Shown here piece after piece: positions 9,442 through 18,783 of a DNA stretch of 56,710 bases. The position numbers were made by a program, and so were the translations under genes. How positions within the stretch are numbered: the stretch's first letter is position 1; each line of letters starts with the position of its first letter. Under the pieces are notes generated by a model, which saw only the letters and a list, made by a program, of their open reading frames with translations, searched no databases and was not told where the DNA came from. Where the stretch lies: positions 1 to 56,710 of IMG/VR virus record IMGVR_UViG_3300031256_000055. One strand, 5' to 3'. The DNA comes from a virus (taxonomy: Duplodnaviria > Caudoviricetes).

Positions 9442-9745
9442 ATAAATACGTTGCACGAGTATTACCGTGGTGATATTTTGTAGGGCTTATTGATATAATA
9501 ACACCATTGATATTTTTATATAACATTTGTGTAGTAGTTTTAATTCCTTATAGCATAGTTAATTATATGCCAATAGGTGATAATATTCACATCATATAAT
9601 TTATACAAATCAACCGACATGTAACTCCTTATATTATAGACAATTATAATTATACCCGTTTAGGTAATATTTGCTAAAATATAAAATTATTAAAAATAAA
9701 ACTTCGTGACGGCGATCCTCGAAGCACTTTATTATTAAAAAACCC

Positions 9746-9774
9746 TTGACTTTTATGTCCCGTTTAAGTAAATT
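9746..9774 (+). promoter_or_regulatory. Promoter of the HTH gene, probably leaderless
   Basis: TTGACT-N17-TAAATT, ATG 6 nt later, no SD; degenerate operator GTCCCgtttAAGTA. Confidence 0.6.
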
Positions 9775-9780
9775 AAAGAT

Positions 9781-9993
9781 ATGGACACTAAAAATATTGA
9801 ATTCCCGATAGGGGCAAAAAAAGCGGCTGAGTTACTTAATGTTAATCACCGAACTTTAAAATATTGGTGTAGAGACATTGTTATAAAAATGGTAGGAAAT
9901 TCTTATTGTATTTTTGATGAAGATTTTGACATACTCGTTACCTATGCCAAGAGATACCATACTCATCAAAAATACTTATCATCTGTTAAGTAA
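9781..9993 (+). CDS. Small HTH DNA-binding protein (MerR/excisionase-like)
   Basis: IGAKKAAELLNVNHRTLKYWCR helix-turn-helix pattern followed by a wing. Confidence 0.75.
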   Translation: MDTKNIEFPIGAKKAAELLNVNHRTLKYWCRDIVIKMVGNSYCIFDEDFDILVTYAKRYHTHQKYLSSVK

Positions 9994-10041
9994 TCACATG
10001 AAAAAAAAATAAAAAAAATATCGATTTGGGGGTATTTTTAC

Positions 10042-10070
10042 TTGACTTCTTACCCGATTGGGTATATATT
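10042..10070 (+). promoter_or_regulatory. Early promoter with TACCC-N4-GGGTA operator
   Basis: TTGACT-N17-TATATT; TACCCgattGGGTA at 10051-10064. Confidence 0.8.
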
Positions 10071-10125
10071 ATAAGTATAAGATGATTAAATAAAGATCAT
10101 CAATTTTGAGTTAAGGAGAGCAAAG

Positions 10126-10302
10126 ATGAAGACATTAAACATTACAAAGAAACTTAATAATTACAGTAGAAGAATTCATAGACATGAGTCATGGTCATAT
10201 GGAAAACAAAACGAATTGGTACTTACACCACAGGGAGTATTATATCAGGGCTTACAAGCTGCAATTATTCAAAAAAGAACGCAGACTCATGTAGTTTGTT
10301 AA
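10126..10302 (+). CDS. Small hypothetical protein (58 aa, below the ORF-track cutoff)
   Basis: AAGGAG SD then MKTLNITKKLNNYSRR... Confidence 0.55.
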   Translation: MKTLNITKKLNNYSRRIHRHESWSYGKQNELVLTPQGVLYQGLQAAIIQKRTQTHVVC

Positions 10303-10556
10303 TTCCCCCGGAGAGCAATACGTAAGCTCTCCTTCTTTTACCCAGCCTCATTCGTTGAGTGGGGCTGAGCGAAATAAAGGAGATAAGAGTATGAAAGCAG
10401 AAAAGAAGATAAGAGAAGACCTGGTATTAGTCAGATTGATGATAAGAGAAGGAAATATATATTATTACAAGTATTTCCAAAGCAAGAATTCCCCGGAAAC
10501 CGACATAGAGCGGGACCGGAGATATAAATAACTTAATTTATAAGGAGAGTGAAACT

Positions 10557-10886
10557 ATGATAACTAACTATACAGAAAAACAGAAAAACAGAATTAAAAC
10601 ATTTGGTTTCGATTGGTTCGCACAGAACCATAGAAATGAGTATGGAAACAAAATCTATCCTAAAAAAATGAGTTCAAAAAAAGAAGTCGATGATTATGTT
10701 AAGTTCTGGAAAAATTGCGACGGGTGCAAGATCCCCATGTCGATTATTGAAGGACCGGGATTTTATATTGCCATGTCCAACACCGGGACGGCAAATATTC
10801 AAGCTTATTATCTTGCAGACGATTATGACAGAACACAAGTTTACAATGCGTATCATGATTATATGCATATTTGTTGTGGGCAATAA
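10557..10886 (+). CDS. Hypothetical early protein
   Basis: 109 aa, AAGGAG SD. Confidence 0.65.
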   Translation: MITNYTEKQKNRIKTFGFDWFAQNHRNEYGNKIYPKKMSSKKEVDDYVKFWKNCDGCKIPMSIIEGPGFYIAMSNTGTANIQAYYLADDYDRTQVYNAYHDYMHICCGQ

Positions 10887-10940
10887 TAATAATTAAGAAA
10901 ATACCTGGCACCCAGGGTCAAGGGGAAGGAGAGTTAAATT

Positions 10941-11702
10941 ATGGATAAACGATTTTATGTTGATGATAAAAAAAGGAAATTAAAATCAATAGGAAATAAT
11001 ATTGCATTTGATGGTTCGGGTACTTTTTACCAATTTAATGACGAAGATTATTTCGATGGTAACTTTCATCAAAATAATCTTCCATACTTTGTATCTGATT
11101 ATCGCGTTATAGGTCCAAAATCTACCCGTAATCATTATGATGGTCTTGGTTATGAACAAGATAGTTCAGGTCCAACTCGTATTATAAATGAAGATGTTAC
11201 TAAATTTGTAAGGGACTGGTATGAGAAAGCTCATATATATGATATTTGTTTTTTCAATAGAGACGGGGAAATAACAACGGATATTACTGATATTTTTATC
11301 ATTTTCTATCCTGAACATGGAAGTGTTGAGGGGTCCATTCGTGCGCTACGAATGGCTTATAAAATAACTGATACTGATGTTTCAGAAAATTTAAATCTTG
11401 AAACATTAAAGTTATTGGTATTACAAAAACTACTCGAAAAATTAGGGAATTTTTGGTCTGGGATGTGGTGCGGACCGAATCAAGATGATGAATCGTACGG
11501 AAATGCGAGATTATCTTGTGAAAAAAGATATATAGACATTGATATTGTCAATCGTAAAAATGGAATAGTTAATGCTATCTCATTTGATACTGAAAGTGCA
11601 CATGACGTAAAAAATGTCTTTTATGCTTTAACAACAAGTGAAATGTATCTTGAAATATTAAGCAGATGCATAAATAAAAAATTATCAGAATATAATAAAT
11701 AA
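10941..11702 (+). CDS. Hypothetical early protein
   Basis: 253 aa, repeat-associated SD. Confidence 0.65.
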   Translation: MDKRFYVDDKKRKLKSIGNNIAFDGSGTFYQFNDEDYFDGNFHQNNLPYFVSDYRVIGPKSTRNHYDGLGYEQDSSGPTRIINEDVTKFVRDWYEKAHIYDICFFNRDGEITTDITDIFIIFYPEHGSVEGSIRALRMAYKITDTDVSENLNLETLKLLVLQKLLEKLGNFWSGMWCGPNQDDESYGNARLSCEKRYIDIDIVNRKNGIVNAISFDTESAHDVKNVFYALTTSEMYLEILSRCINKKLSEYNK

Positions 11703-11744
11703 ATTATAAACCCAGCGCCCAGGGTTAAGGGTAAGGAGAGAATC

Positions 11745-11930
11745 ATGGAAAAACATTACGAAGTAACATTAGAAATAAAAAAGTATGTACAATTCTCAAT
11801 CGATGGTCCTGATAATATTCAAGATTTAGAAGAAGTATCGAGATGCAGAGCAATAGGGCTTGGGTATAACCCCGACGATATTGTAAGCATTATTGAGGAA
11901 ACCCCAGTGAGGGAAGGAGAAACATTATGA
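11745..11930 (+). CDS. Hypothetical early protein
   Basis: 61 aa, repeat-associated SD. Confidence 0.6.
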   Translation: MEKHYEVTLEIKKYVQFSIDGPDNIQDLEEVSRCRAIGLGYNPDDIVSIIEETPVREGETL

Positions 11931-12118
11931 AGACAAACAATACCAATACAGTGAACAAAGAAGACACAGTACCTTATATGCTTTTCGTCACTACGGAAAC
12001 TAATAAGGCATTCAAAAAAATTATAGAAAATAATGAAGAGGCAAAAGCTACTTGCCAAGAAATTACAGATATAGCAACAAGAACCCGTCAGCGGGTAGCT
12101 GATTGTTTTAGAAAATAA
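11927..12118 (+). CDS. Hypothetical early protein
   Basis: 63 aa, AAGGAG SD, ATGA overlap. Confidence 0.55.
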   Translation: MKTNNTNTVNKEDTVPYMLFVTTETNKAFKKIIENNEEAKATCQEITDIATRTRQRVADCFRK

Positions 12119-12165
12119 AACCCTGGGAGGGGAACTATATAGGCCATGCGACACAGGAGGCAAAT

Positions 12166-12402
12166 ATGAGAGAACTTACAAAAGAGCAATTTTTAGTTCG
12201 GGCAGAAAATATCTGCACTACGATAGGAATGGAAACCGGAAAATACTTTTATATTGAAAAAGTAAATTCCGGACCTAATTATGATATTTTTTGTGGACAA
12301 ACACACATCATACAAAGTGATGATTTTTCATTTATTCTTGGATTTTTAGGAGGCATGTTATATGTTTTTCGCGATGAAGTATTACCCAACACCCAGGGTT
12401 AA
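12166..12402 (+). CDS. Hypothetical early protein
   Basis: 78 aa, AGGAGG SD. Confidence 0.6.
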   Translation: MRELTKEQFLVRAENICTTIGMETGKYFYIEKVNSGPNYDIFCGQTHIIQSDDFSFILGFLGGMLYVFRDEVLPNTQG

Positions 12403-12722
12403 GGGTAAGGAGGCGAACATGCAAATTATGGTTACTATTTTGGTTATTGAGTTTATCATCTGGGGAGGCTTATTGGTTTCTTCGATGAGTGGAAGAAAAC
12501 CTGAAAAAAAATAAAAGGCAGAGGAGAGTGTAAATAATGTACAACACATATTATCTTGTTTTATTCCTTTACTACTTCTCTGGTTATGTCAATGCCTGGA
12601 ATTATTACAAATGGATCATGTCGGAATCATTCATAACTGTCCCGGGAATAATCCGAAAGACCTGGAGATCAACAAAGCATCCCCGAATGAATAAGGGGTG
12701 GAAGGGGTCAAGATAATTATAC

Positions 12723-12750
12723 AAGCCGGATTTAAAACCCGGCTTTTTTT
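12723..12750. terminator. Intrinsic terminator between convergent early and late blocks
   Basis: AAGCCGG-N9-CCGGCTT followed by a T run. Confidence 0.8.
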
Positions 12751-13258
12751 ATTTCAATAAGTATCTACCAAAAAAATAACCTAACGCCAAACATCCAATT
12801 CCAACTATCGATAATTCAATTATTCTATTTTTTTTCAACTTCTGCAAGCTGTCTTTCGCAGTTTTCAAGAGCTTTTTGAATTCTTGAACTTCTATCAATA
12901 AGCTCTCTAATTGCCTCTTGTCTTTCTTTTGTGATTCCGTCAAGTTCTGTATTTGTTTTTCGTAATTCGTCAAGTATTCGTTCAATTTCGTTTCCATATT
13001 TCGATTTAAATTCTGCAAGTTTTCTATTTGTTTCTCGTAGTTCACTAATATATCTATTTCTATTTTTTGATTCTTTGATAATTTCATTAATACCATATTC
13101 AAAAAATACAATTCTTCTTTGGCTTTCTTCAATTGTTCTTTCAAGTTGTTTAATTTTGTCTCTGTTATAACATAGTTTTTTTCCGAAAAAGATATTGATT
13201 GACAGACTAATAATAAGACAAATACATAAAATAACAAATATAATTTTTTTGATTTCAT
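12749..13258 (-). CDS. Spanin-like protein: signal or lipoprotein leader, coiled coil, C-terminal TM
   Basis: MKSKK plus hydrophobic core plus LLVC19; heptad-rich middle; hydrophobic C-terminus; last gene after the endolysin. Confidence 0.5.
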   Translation of the reverse strand: MKSKKLYLLFYVFVLLLVCQSISFSEKNYVITETKLNNLKEQLKKAKEELYFLNMVLMKLSKNQKIEIDILVNYEKQIENLQNLNRNMETKLNEYLTNYEKQIQNLTESQKKDKRQLESLLIEVQEFKKLLKTAKDSLQKLKKNRIIELSIVGIGCLALGYFFGRYLLK

Positions 13259-13265
13259 TTAACAT
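12825..13265 (-). CDS. Inner-membrane spanin-like (Rz-like) protein
   Basis: N-terminal TM then long charged coiled coil; directly follows the endolysin. Confidence 0.5.
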   Translation of the reverse strand: MLNEIKKIIFVILCICLIISLSINIFFGKKLCYNRDKIKQLERTIEESQRRIVFFEYGINEIIKESKNRNRYISELRETNRKLAEFKSKYGNEIERILDELRKTNTELDGITKERQEAIRELIDRSSRIQKALENCERQLAEVEKK

Positions 13266-13276
13266 TTACCTCACCT

Positions 13277-13870
13277 TCAAACCTGATTAGCATTTTTCCA
13301 ATTATAAAGCCATTGCCAATCTATTCTCATATATTTATATCTGGTTTTGCCTTTATATATTTTATTTGAAATGTCCTCAAAAGAACTCAACCTCCACCTT
13401 CTTGTATTTGCATTTGATCTCGGATTCAATCTATAATCACCCCCGGCCCCTTCGGTTGTTATTATATCATAATTCCCGAAAGGAGCATAAGTCATTACAT
13501 GATTATATTTTCCATAAACGATATCTCCTTTTTCATCTTTAAGAAGATTTCCGTTTTTCATTCCGGGGATGTCAACAAGAATTAAATCGCCTTCCTGGAG
13601 GTCTTGTTTTTTTATTTCAAACAGCCACCGTGTATTTAAAAAACTATTGACCGGCCTTCCATACAATTCTATTCCTGTTGTTTCTTCAAGAGCATACATA
13701 ATACCACCGCAACAATCAAAACCAACGGGCTCCCCATTCCTGTCTATATTATTATATTTGTCCCATTTTAGCATTTGACCGCCGCCTAACGCGTATCTTT
13801 CTCCGAGTTGTTTTTCAAGTTGTTTTATAAATTCTTTTTTCCAGTTATCTATAGTGTGTTCTGTTAACAT
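13277..13870 (-). CDS. NlpC/P60-family peptidase, probable endolysin
   Basis: LGERYALGG, GFDCCG, DLQEGDLI, NHVM catalytic Cys/His pattern. Confidence 0.8.
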   Translation of the reverse strand: MLTEHTIDNWKKEFIKQLEKQLGERYALGGGQMLKWDKYNNIDRNGEPVGFDCCGGIMYALEETTGIELYGRPVNSFLNTRWLFEIKKQDLQEGDLILVDIPGMKNGNLLKDEKGDIVYGKYNHVMTYAPFGNYDIITTEGAGGDYRLNPRSNANTRRWRLSSFEDISNKIYKGKTRYKYMRIDWQWLYNWKNANQV

Positions 13871-13883
13871 ATACTATCCTCCT

Positions 13884-14276
13884 TTAAATCCATTTCATAA
13901 TTTTTGCAAAAATCGTAAATGCCACAATTGCAAATAAGGATGTGAACATCCAGAAATAAAATTTATTTATACTGTCTCTTAACGATTTGAAATCTTCCTT
14001 GTCAACCGTATTTCCAATTTTAGAAAATATAATATTCAAGGTATCTTTTACATCGTCAAACCGTGCAATATAATTATTTTTTATTGTTCCGGTATCTTTC
14101 ATTCTTTCTTCACGTTCCCGGTCAATTTCTCTTGCATTAACTTGTTGCATAGAGTCGATACATAATATTTTCGGTTCGATATCGATTATAATTTTTATAG
14201 CCCGTTTTAAATCTTCTTCGTCAACATTCATTTCTTCTTTTAATGCCTGATTTAATTCTTCATTTTTTGTAAACAT
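13884..14276 (-). CDS. Coiled-coil protein with C-terminal TM, possible holin-like lysis protein
   Basis: Single C-terminal hydrophobic helix; lies just upstream of the endolysin. Confidence 0.4.
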   Translation of the reverse strand: MFTKNEELNQALKEEMNVDEEDLKRAIKIIIDIEPKILCIDSMQQVNAREIDREREERMKDTGTIKNNYIARFDDVKDTLNIIFSKIGNTVDKEDFKSLRDSINKFYFWMFTSLFAIVAFTIFAKIMKWI

Positions 14277-14296
14277 ATATTTTTATACCCCCTTGT

Positions 14297-15352
14297 TTAA
14301 TATCCCTGCACTCTCCAATATCCCCCGATATATCTCAATGCAACAGATCCATATGTTGCCATTACTATATCTGCACCATCAAATGTTATAATTTTTTGTG
14401 TCCCTGATCCCTCAAGATGCTCTAATGTCAAAGTATTCGCAGACGGATGCTTGTAGACCCAAATCTCTTGACCCTCTACCCCATTAGCGAAACCACCTAT
14501 AATGATATTACCGCTTGTTGTATCACATAATACATTTGAAATGCCAGTAACATCCACTGAATCAGAACTTGTATCAATAGTTTTTATTTCTGTAAAAGCT
14601 ATACTATTTTTAACACTAAGAAGTCCTGCAAATGACAATCTAAATTTCTCTGTCCTTACATCTCCTTTATACGTATAAAATACAAAAGCTCCTTGATCAT
14701 CAGCTCCATCTCTAACCATTTCGACAAATCCAAGATAATTAGGTACTCCGGCGTCATCTTCAATTGCAAAAGAAATCCCAGTACCAAAGCCATCGATCAT
14801 ATTTTCGCTTGTGGTATGTTTTATTATAATGCCCGGCATAGGAATCCCGATAAAATCCGATGTCCTTTCAAAGACCCCACCTATATCAGGCCAAGCTGCC
14901 ACACTATGCAACCTCCATGAAGGATCAGATGTACCAATACCTAATTTATCCGAAATATAAACTTCAACAAATTGGCTTGTTATACTTTCCCATCCATCGC
15001 TATTATATATGAACATCTGAATATACCCGGCTTCCAAAGTATGATTTATAGGAACACCGGCGGTACCAAGATTTACTGTAATTGAGCTAACGTTAGTATT
15101 TTTTATTAAAACAATATTTCCTTCGATTTTCAATATTTCTAAATTAATATTTATATCCGTTTCGATTTTTATAATTTCCGAAAACGGCAACTCATCACAC
15201 TGACTTGATCCATCCCCCAGCACGGAGCACGGATGCGTTATTCCCGTCAATATTGTATCAAAATATCGTCTTTCCCCTTCCAGAGGTATATCCGTTTTAT
15301 ATGTCGCGTAATCAAATATTTCATGTCTTATTCTACAAAGCTCCTCAGCCAT
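14297..15352 (-). CDS. Tail fibre / receptor-binding protein
   Basis: KLGIGTSDPSWRLH fibre-type motif, beta-rich, last tail gene. Confidence 0.65.
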   Translation of the reverse strand: MAEELCRIRHEIFDYATYKTDIPLEGERRYFDTILTGITHPCSVLGDGSSQCDELPFSEIIKIETDININLEILKIEGNIVLIKNTNVSSITVNLGTAGVPINHTLEAGYIQMFIYNSDGWESITSQFVEVYISDKLGIGTSDPSWRLHSVAAWPDIGGVFERTSDFIGIPMPGIIIKHTTSENMIDGFGTGISFAIEDDAGVPNYLGFVEMVRDGADDQGAFVFYTYKGDVRTEKFRLSFAGLLSVKNSIAFTEIKTIDTSSDSVDVTGISNVLCDTTSGNIIIGGFANGVEGQEIWVYKHPSANTLTLEHLEGSGTQKIITFDGADIVMATYGSVALRYIGGYWRVQGY

Positions 15353-15362
15353 ATGCTCCCTC

Positions 15363-17285
15363 CTATGGTGTATATCCTGTTATACTATCAAATAAATCTG
15401 AATATTCTCTTTGTCTTATTTCAATATCTATAGTTTCATTTTCAAAATCGGGCGTTATTCCAATAATTTGAAATCTTTTATTCCCTAAATATTCCCGGTA
15501 TCCTATTATTATATCAATCAGGGTTTCCCTGATTGCGGTATATAAATCATATGTATCCCTATCGGCGGTATATGTAGTTCCGGTCGTACCTCTTCCAGCT
15601 ACATAAATCGTTCTTTCAACATGTCCGGTTTTTATACCTGGTTTAGATATCTCAGCCATAACGATATCAAATATTTTTAGAGTATAGAATTCTTTTCCGT
15701 ATAACGTTATTATACCGGTTGGTCTTTCTTTCTGCAAATCTTCAAGCAATATCACCGATTTGTCATCGGCAAGGTCTTCTGTTCCAAGTAGACATTCAAC
15801 CTGGAAAGGGGTATCTTTTCTATGCTCCCTAAAAACAGTATTATAATAATCATCATTTTGATATCGCATATAATCATCAGTATAATTATTTTTTTTATAA
15901 TCAACTATTACATGAGTTGCGAAAAAATCCTCATTGTTATTGAATTTTAATTCTCCATTATTTAATATTTCAACTGATTGTATACTCCTTACCGGGGTTC
16001 TGTTCGGATTGTCAAGCCGTAACGTCCTTTTATTATTTTCAAATAGATATTGGAATCCAACAGTTGAACCGTTTTGAATAATTTCGATCCATTCAAAAAG
16101 TTCCTTTTCGTCTTTCATATACAAACTTATATCTTCAAGATATTGCTTTTCATCCTCCCATTCCGTTGTATCATAGTTAGATGAATTGTATATGATTGAC
16201 AAATACTTGTCGTTAAGGTCGGCTATAATATCCCCTGGATTTCCCAAATCAATAAAGGTACCTTCACAAATTACATCAAATATACCTTTTGAGTTGTCAC
16301 CGTCAACATGTATATCTGCAACCGCAAAGGTAACCATTCCGTGTATATAATCTGTTGCTGACGGAACGACTACCACGAAAATATCATCTTCATATTTTTT
16401 GAACACTGGGGCCGGGACCGATTGGATAATGGATGCAAAATAAAAAATCTTTGCCCCTGCATTCTCGGAATTGACACATATTCCAGGAACCGACGGGGGG
16501 GAGTTGTATGCATCCGGTTTTATATCACCGACAATGTCCGGGTCCAAGTCCGGGAATTCCTCAAGCGTGAAGGTATCAGTAGGCGCTTGTTTTGACTGTT
16601 GTTCCCGTTTATCCTTCGTTATTACCTCAACTTCATCAAGGGAAATAATAGTATTCTCAATATAATTATTGGCTATCAAGATCAAATCATCATAGTCGTC
16701 GTCGTCATTACCGCATAATAAATAAATATCATTCCCGGTAAATTCAATATTCGAATCAAACGATCCATCATCCGAACCGTCAACCGGATGATTATTGAAA
16801 ATAACTGACCCGGAATAAAAGGCTTGTCGTCCATAGCGAAGAGGATCTACTTTCAATTTAAAACTCGGGATTGATTTTAATAGCGGTAAATAATTTACAG
16901 AATTAAATGTCCTTACTTTATCATTTGTATATCCGTATACTTTCCCATATTCGATAATACAATCATTAGGGCTTGTGTCGTGATCAAGGTGAATATACAA
17001 TAATTGATTTACAAAATCGAAATAAAAACTTTTTTCATTATCTTCACAGTCATCTATTGAAATTTGGATACTATAAAAATTATTTATATCAACGATAAGT
17101 CCTTTAATATTTAATATTTCTTTATTTGTATTATCATCAGCACCTAACGTTGTTAAAAAGTAAGATGTAAAAGTCGGAAGTGTTGTGATTTTAGCTTTAT
17201 AAACAAAAGGCGATTCTACCATTAATAGATCAGTGTCGAGTTCAAAATATTTTATTAATTCTGCTATTACGAAAAAATCAGCCAT
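15363..17285 (-). CDS. Tail tip / baseplate hub protein
   Basis: 640-aa acidic protein downstream of the tape measure gene. Confidence 0.55.
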   Translation of the reverse strand: MADFFVIAELIKYFELDTDLLMVESPFVYKAKITTLPTFTSYFLTTLGADDNTNKEILNIKGLIVDINNFYSIQISIDDCEDNEKSFYFDFVNQLLYIHLDHDTSPNDCIIEYGKVYGYTNDKVRTFNSVNYLPLLKSIPSFKLKVDPLRYGRQAFYSGSVIFNNHPVDGSDDGSFDSNIEFTGNDIYLLCGNDDDDYDDLILIANNYIENTIISLDEVEVITKDKREQQSKQAPTDTFTLEEFPDLDPDIVGDIKPDAYNSPPSVPGICVNSENAGAKIFYFASIIQSVPAPVFKKYEDDIFVVVVPSATDYIHGMVTFAVADIHVDGDNSKGIFDVICEGTFIDLGNPGDIIADLNDKYLSIIYNSSNYDTTEWEDEKQYLEDISLYMKDEKELFEWIEIIQNGSTVGFQYLFENNKRTLRLDNPNRTPVRSIQSVEILNNGELKFNNNEDFFATHVIVDYKKNNYTDDYMRYQNDDYYNTVFREHRKDTPFQVECLLGTEDLADDKSVILLEDLQKERPTGIITLYGKEFYTLKIFDIVMAEISKPGIKTGHVERTIYVAGRGTTGTTYTADRDTYDLYTAIRETLIDIIIGYREYLGNKRFQIIGITPDFENETIDIEIRQREYSDLFDSITGYTP

Positions 17286-17291
17286 TAGATT

Positions 17292-18059
17292 TTATATCCT
17301 CACCGTATAATTGATATATCCTCTATTTCCAGCTCCATTAAATTCTGCATCATCAAATACTCCACCCGTTCTAACATACATTCTCAATGCCCCTATAACA
17401 TATATTCTCCAAGAACCGTCGTTTTCCGTGAATCCTGGGGCTTCAGAAAAATTGAGAGGATACATCTGTGTTCCAGAATCATTTACTATATTTACGGAAT
17501 TTATACCTATAACATAATTGCCATATTCTAATGATGCATTATGTACTGCTAAAGATGTCATGTCCCATGCCCCAATCTCTGCAATTAAATCAATAATAAT
17601 ATATGAACTGATATCAAACTTATTTATAAGTTTATCAAGATTAAATTTTGTCCAATTGCCACTATCTAACCATAACACGTAAGGTAATAATTGACTACCA
17701 TCTGCATGGTAAAAGCCGTTATATATATAATTCCAGGAATACCCCGTTGTATCATCCGTGAATTCAGCTTCTAACACATCCCCGGACCGCTCAACCTTTA
17801 TATAAACCCTTCCATCTGCCACCCCCGGATCAGTAATAGCATAATCAGAATCTTGAACTTGAAAAATTGCTCCCCCGTGATTTATATAAACATAACGTGT
17901 GATAGCCGGAACTGTTAAGGTATCCCATTCGGTTAATAATAATGATTTATTTAAAAGTACATTTAATAATACACCTATATCAACATTCTGATAATTATAA
18001 TCATTTGTTGATAAAGGAGCCCCCCCGGTTGGTTGTGTAATTAAATTTATAGTTCCCAT
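17292..18059 (-). CDS. Minor tail protein
   Basis: Position in tail module; beta-rich composition. Confidence 0.5.
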   Translation of the reverse strand: MGTINLITQPTGGAPLSTNDYNYQNVDIGVLLNVLLNKSLLLTEWDTLTVPAITRYVYINHGGAIFQVQDSDYAITDPGVADGRVYIKVERSGDVLEAEFTDDTTGYSWNYIYNGFYHADGSQLLPYVLWLDSGNWTKFNLDKLINKFDISSYIIIDLIAEIGAWDMTSLAVHNASLEYGNYVIGINSVNIVNDSGTQMYPLNFSEAPGFTENDGSWRIYVIGALRMYVRTGGVFDDAEFNGAGNRGYINYTVRI

Positions 18060-18781
18060 TATCTACTCTCCCTATAAGTTATTGAGGCGTTATACGTAAA
18101 ATTAGAAGTTCCGCGTTTGCCGAGAGGTATATTTTTTGATTCAATCGTACCATAAAAAACGGGCTGTTCATCGTGAGCATCAGGATATAAATCTATAAAA
18201 TGAGGGATTGAAGTTTGAACAAACGTTGTATAAGCTTGCATTTCACCCCTTTCCGTATTACTTATGTTTGCAAATTGTAAAGGATATCTATTGAAATTTT
18301 GTTTTCTATTCCCGGATGATTGCCCCCCAGAAGATTGGAAACTACTATCATTTATTATTTTTGTGTTTTGCGGTCCTGCGAGAAAATCCGGTAAATCCAG
18401 ATATTCACCTATGGAAATACATCCAATATATAATAATAAAGCCAGACTTGAAACCGTAACAATTGCTTTTCTTACACCTTCTATTTTTGTGAAGTAACCT
18501 ATCGACTCATTATCCTCTATTGTAATAACTTGTGTATCAAGTAATACATCTAACATATCATAAAATGCAATGGACATAGCATTAAGATTGTGATATCCAT
18601 ATGCTACATGGTCAATATCAACATCTTCGTCAAACTCTATTGTAATCACGGAAGAATTCCCAGTTGAATAAAATGGAAGTTCAAGGAAATTATGGGTCAA
18701 ATTTGAAACCGGATTATTCGCATTTTCATTTGTTGCGGTTATTGTTGCGTCTTTTAATTTGTTATCATAACTGACAATCAT
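18059..18781 (-). CDS. Distal-tail-like protein
   Basis: Immediately follows the tape measure gene, 240 aa. Confidence 0.5.
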   Translation of the reverse strand: MIVSYDNKLKDATITATNENANNPVSNLTHNFLELPFYSTGNSSVITIEFDEDVDIDHVAYGYHNLNAMSIAFYDMLDVLLDTQVITIEDNESIGYFTKIEGVRKAIVTVSSLALLLYIGCISIGEYLDLPDFLAGPQNTKIINDSSFQSSGGQSSGNRKQNFNRYPLQFANISNTERGEMQAYTTFVQTSIPHFIDLYPDAHDEQPVFYGTIESKNIPLGKRGTSNFTYNASITYRESR

Positions 18782-18783
18782 AA

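Larger units (their letters stand above)
10911..12412 (+). repeat. Dispersed 21-nt repeat CCCAGGGTYAAGGGKAAGGAG (10911, 11718, 12392), each ending in the SD of the next gene
   Basis: Three near-identical copies read directly; weaker copy near 11902. Confidence 0.85.

Noticed and set aside
6270-9456. Many minus-strand ORFs opposite the SbcCD gene, and plus-strand ORFs opposite the tail and head genes
   Set aside because: Antisense shadows of long coding regions with Ser/Phe/Ile-rich low-information translations and no SDs
10911-12412. Integron attC sites or CRISPR repeats
   Set aside because: No RYYYAAC/GTTRRRY ends, no integrase, and spacing is gene-sized and irregular
14297-15352. Diversity-generating retroelement target in the tail fibre
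   Set aside because: No reverse transcriptase and no template/variable repeat pair noticed
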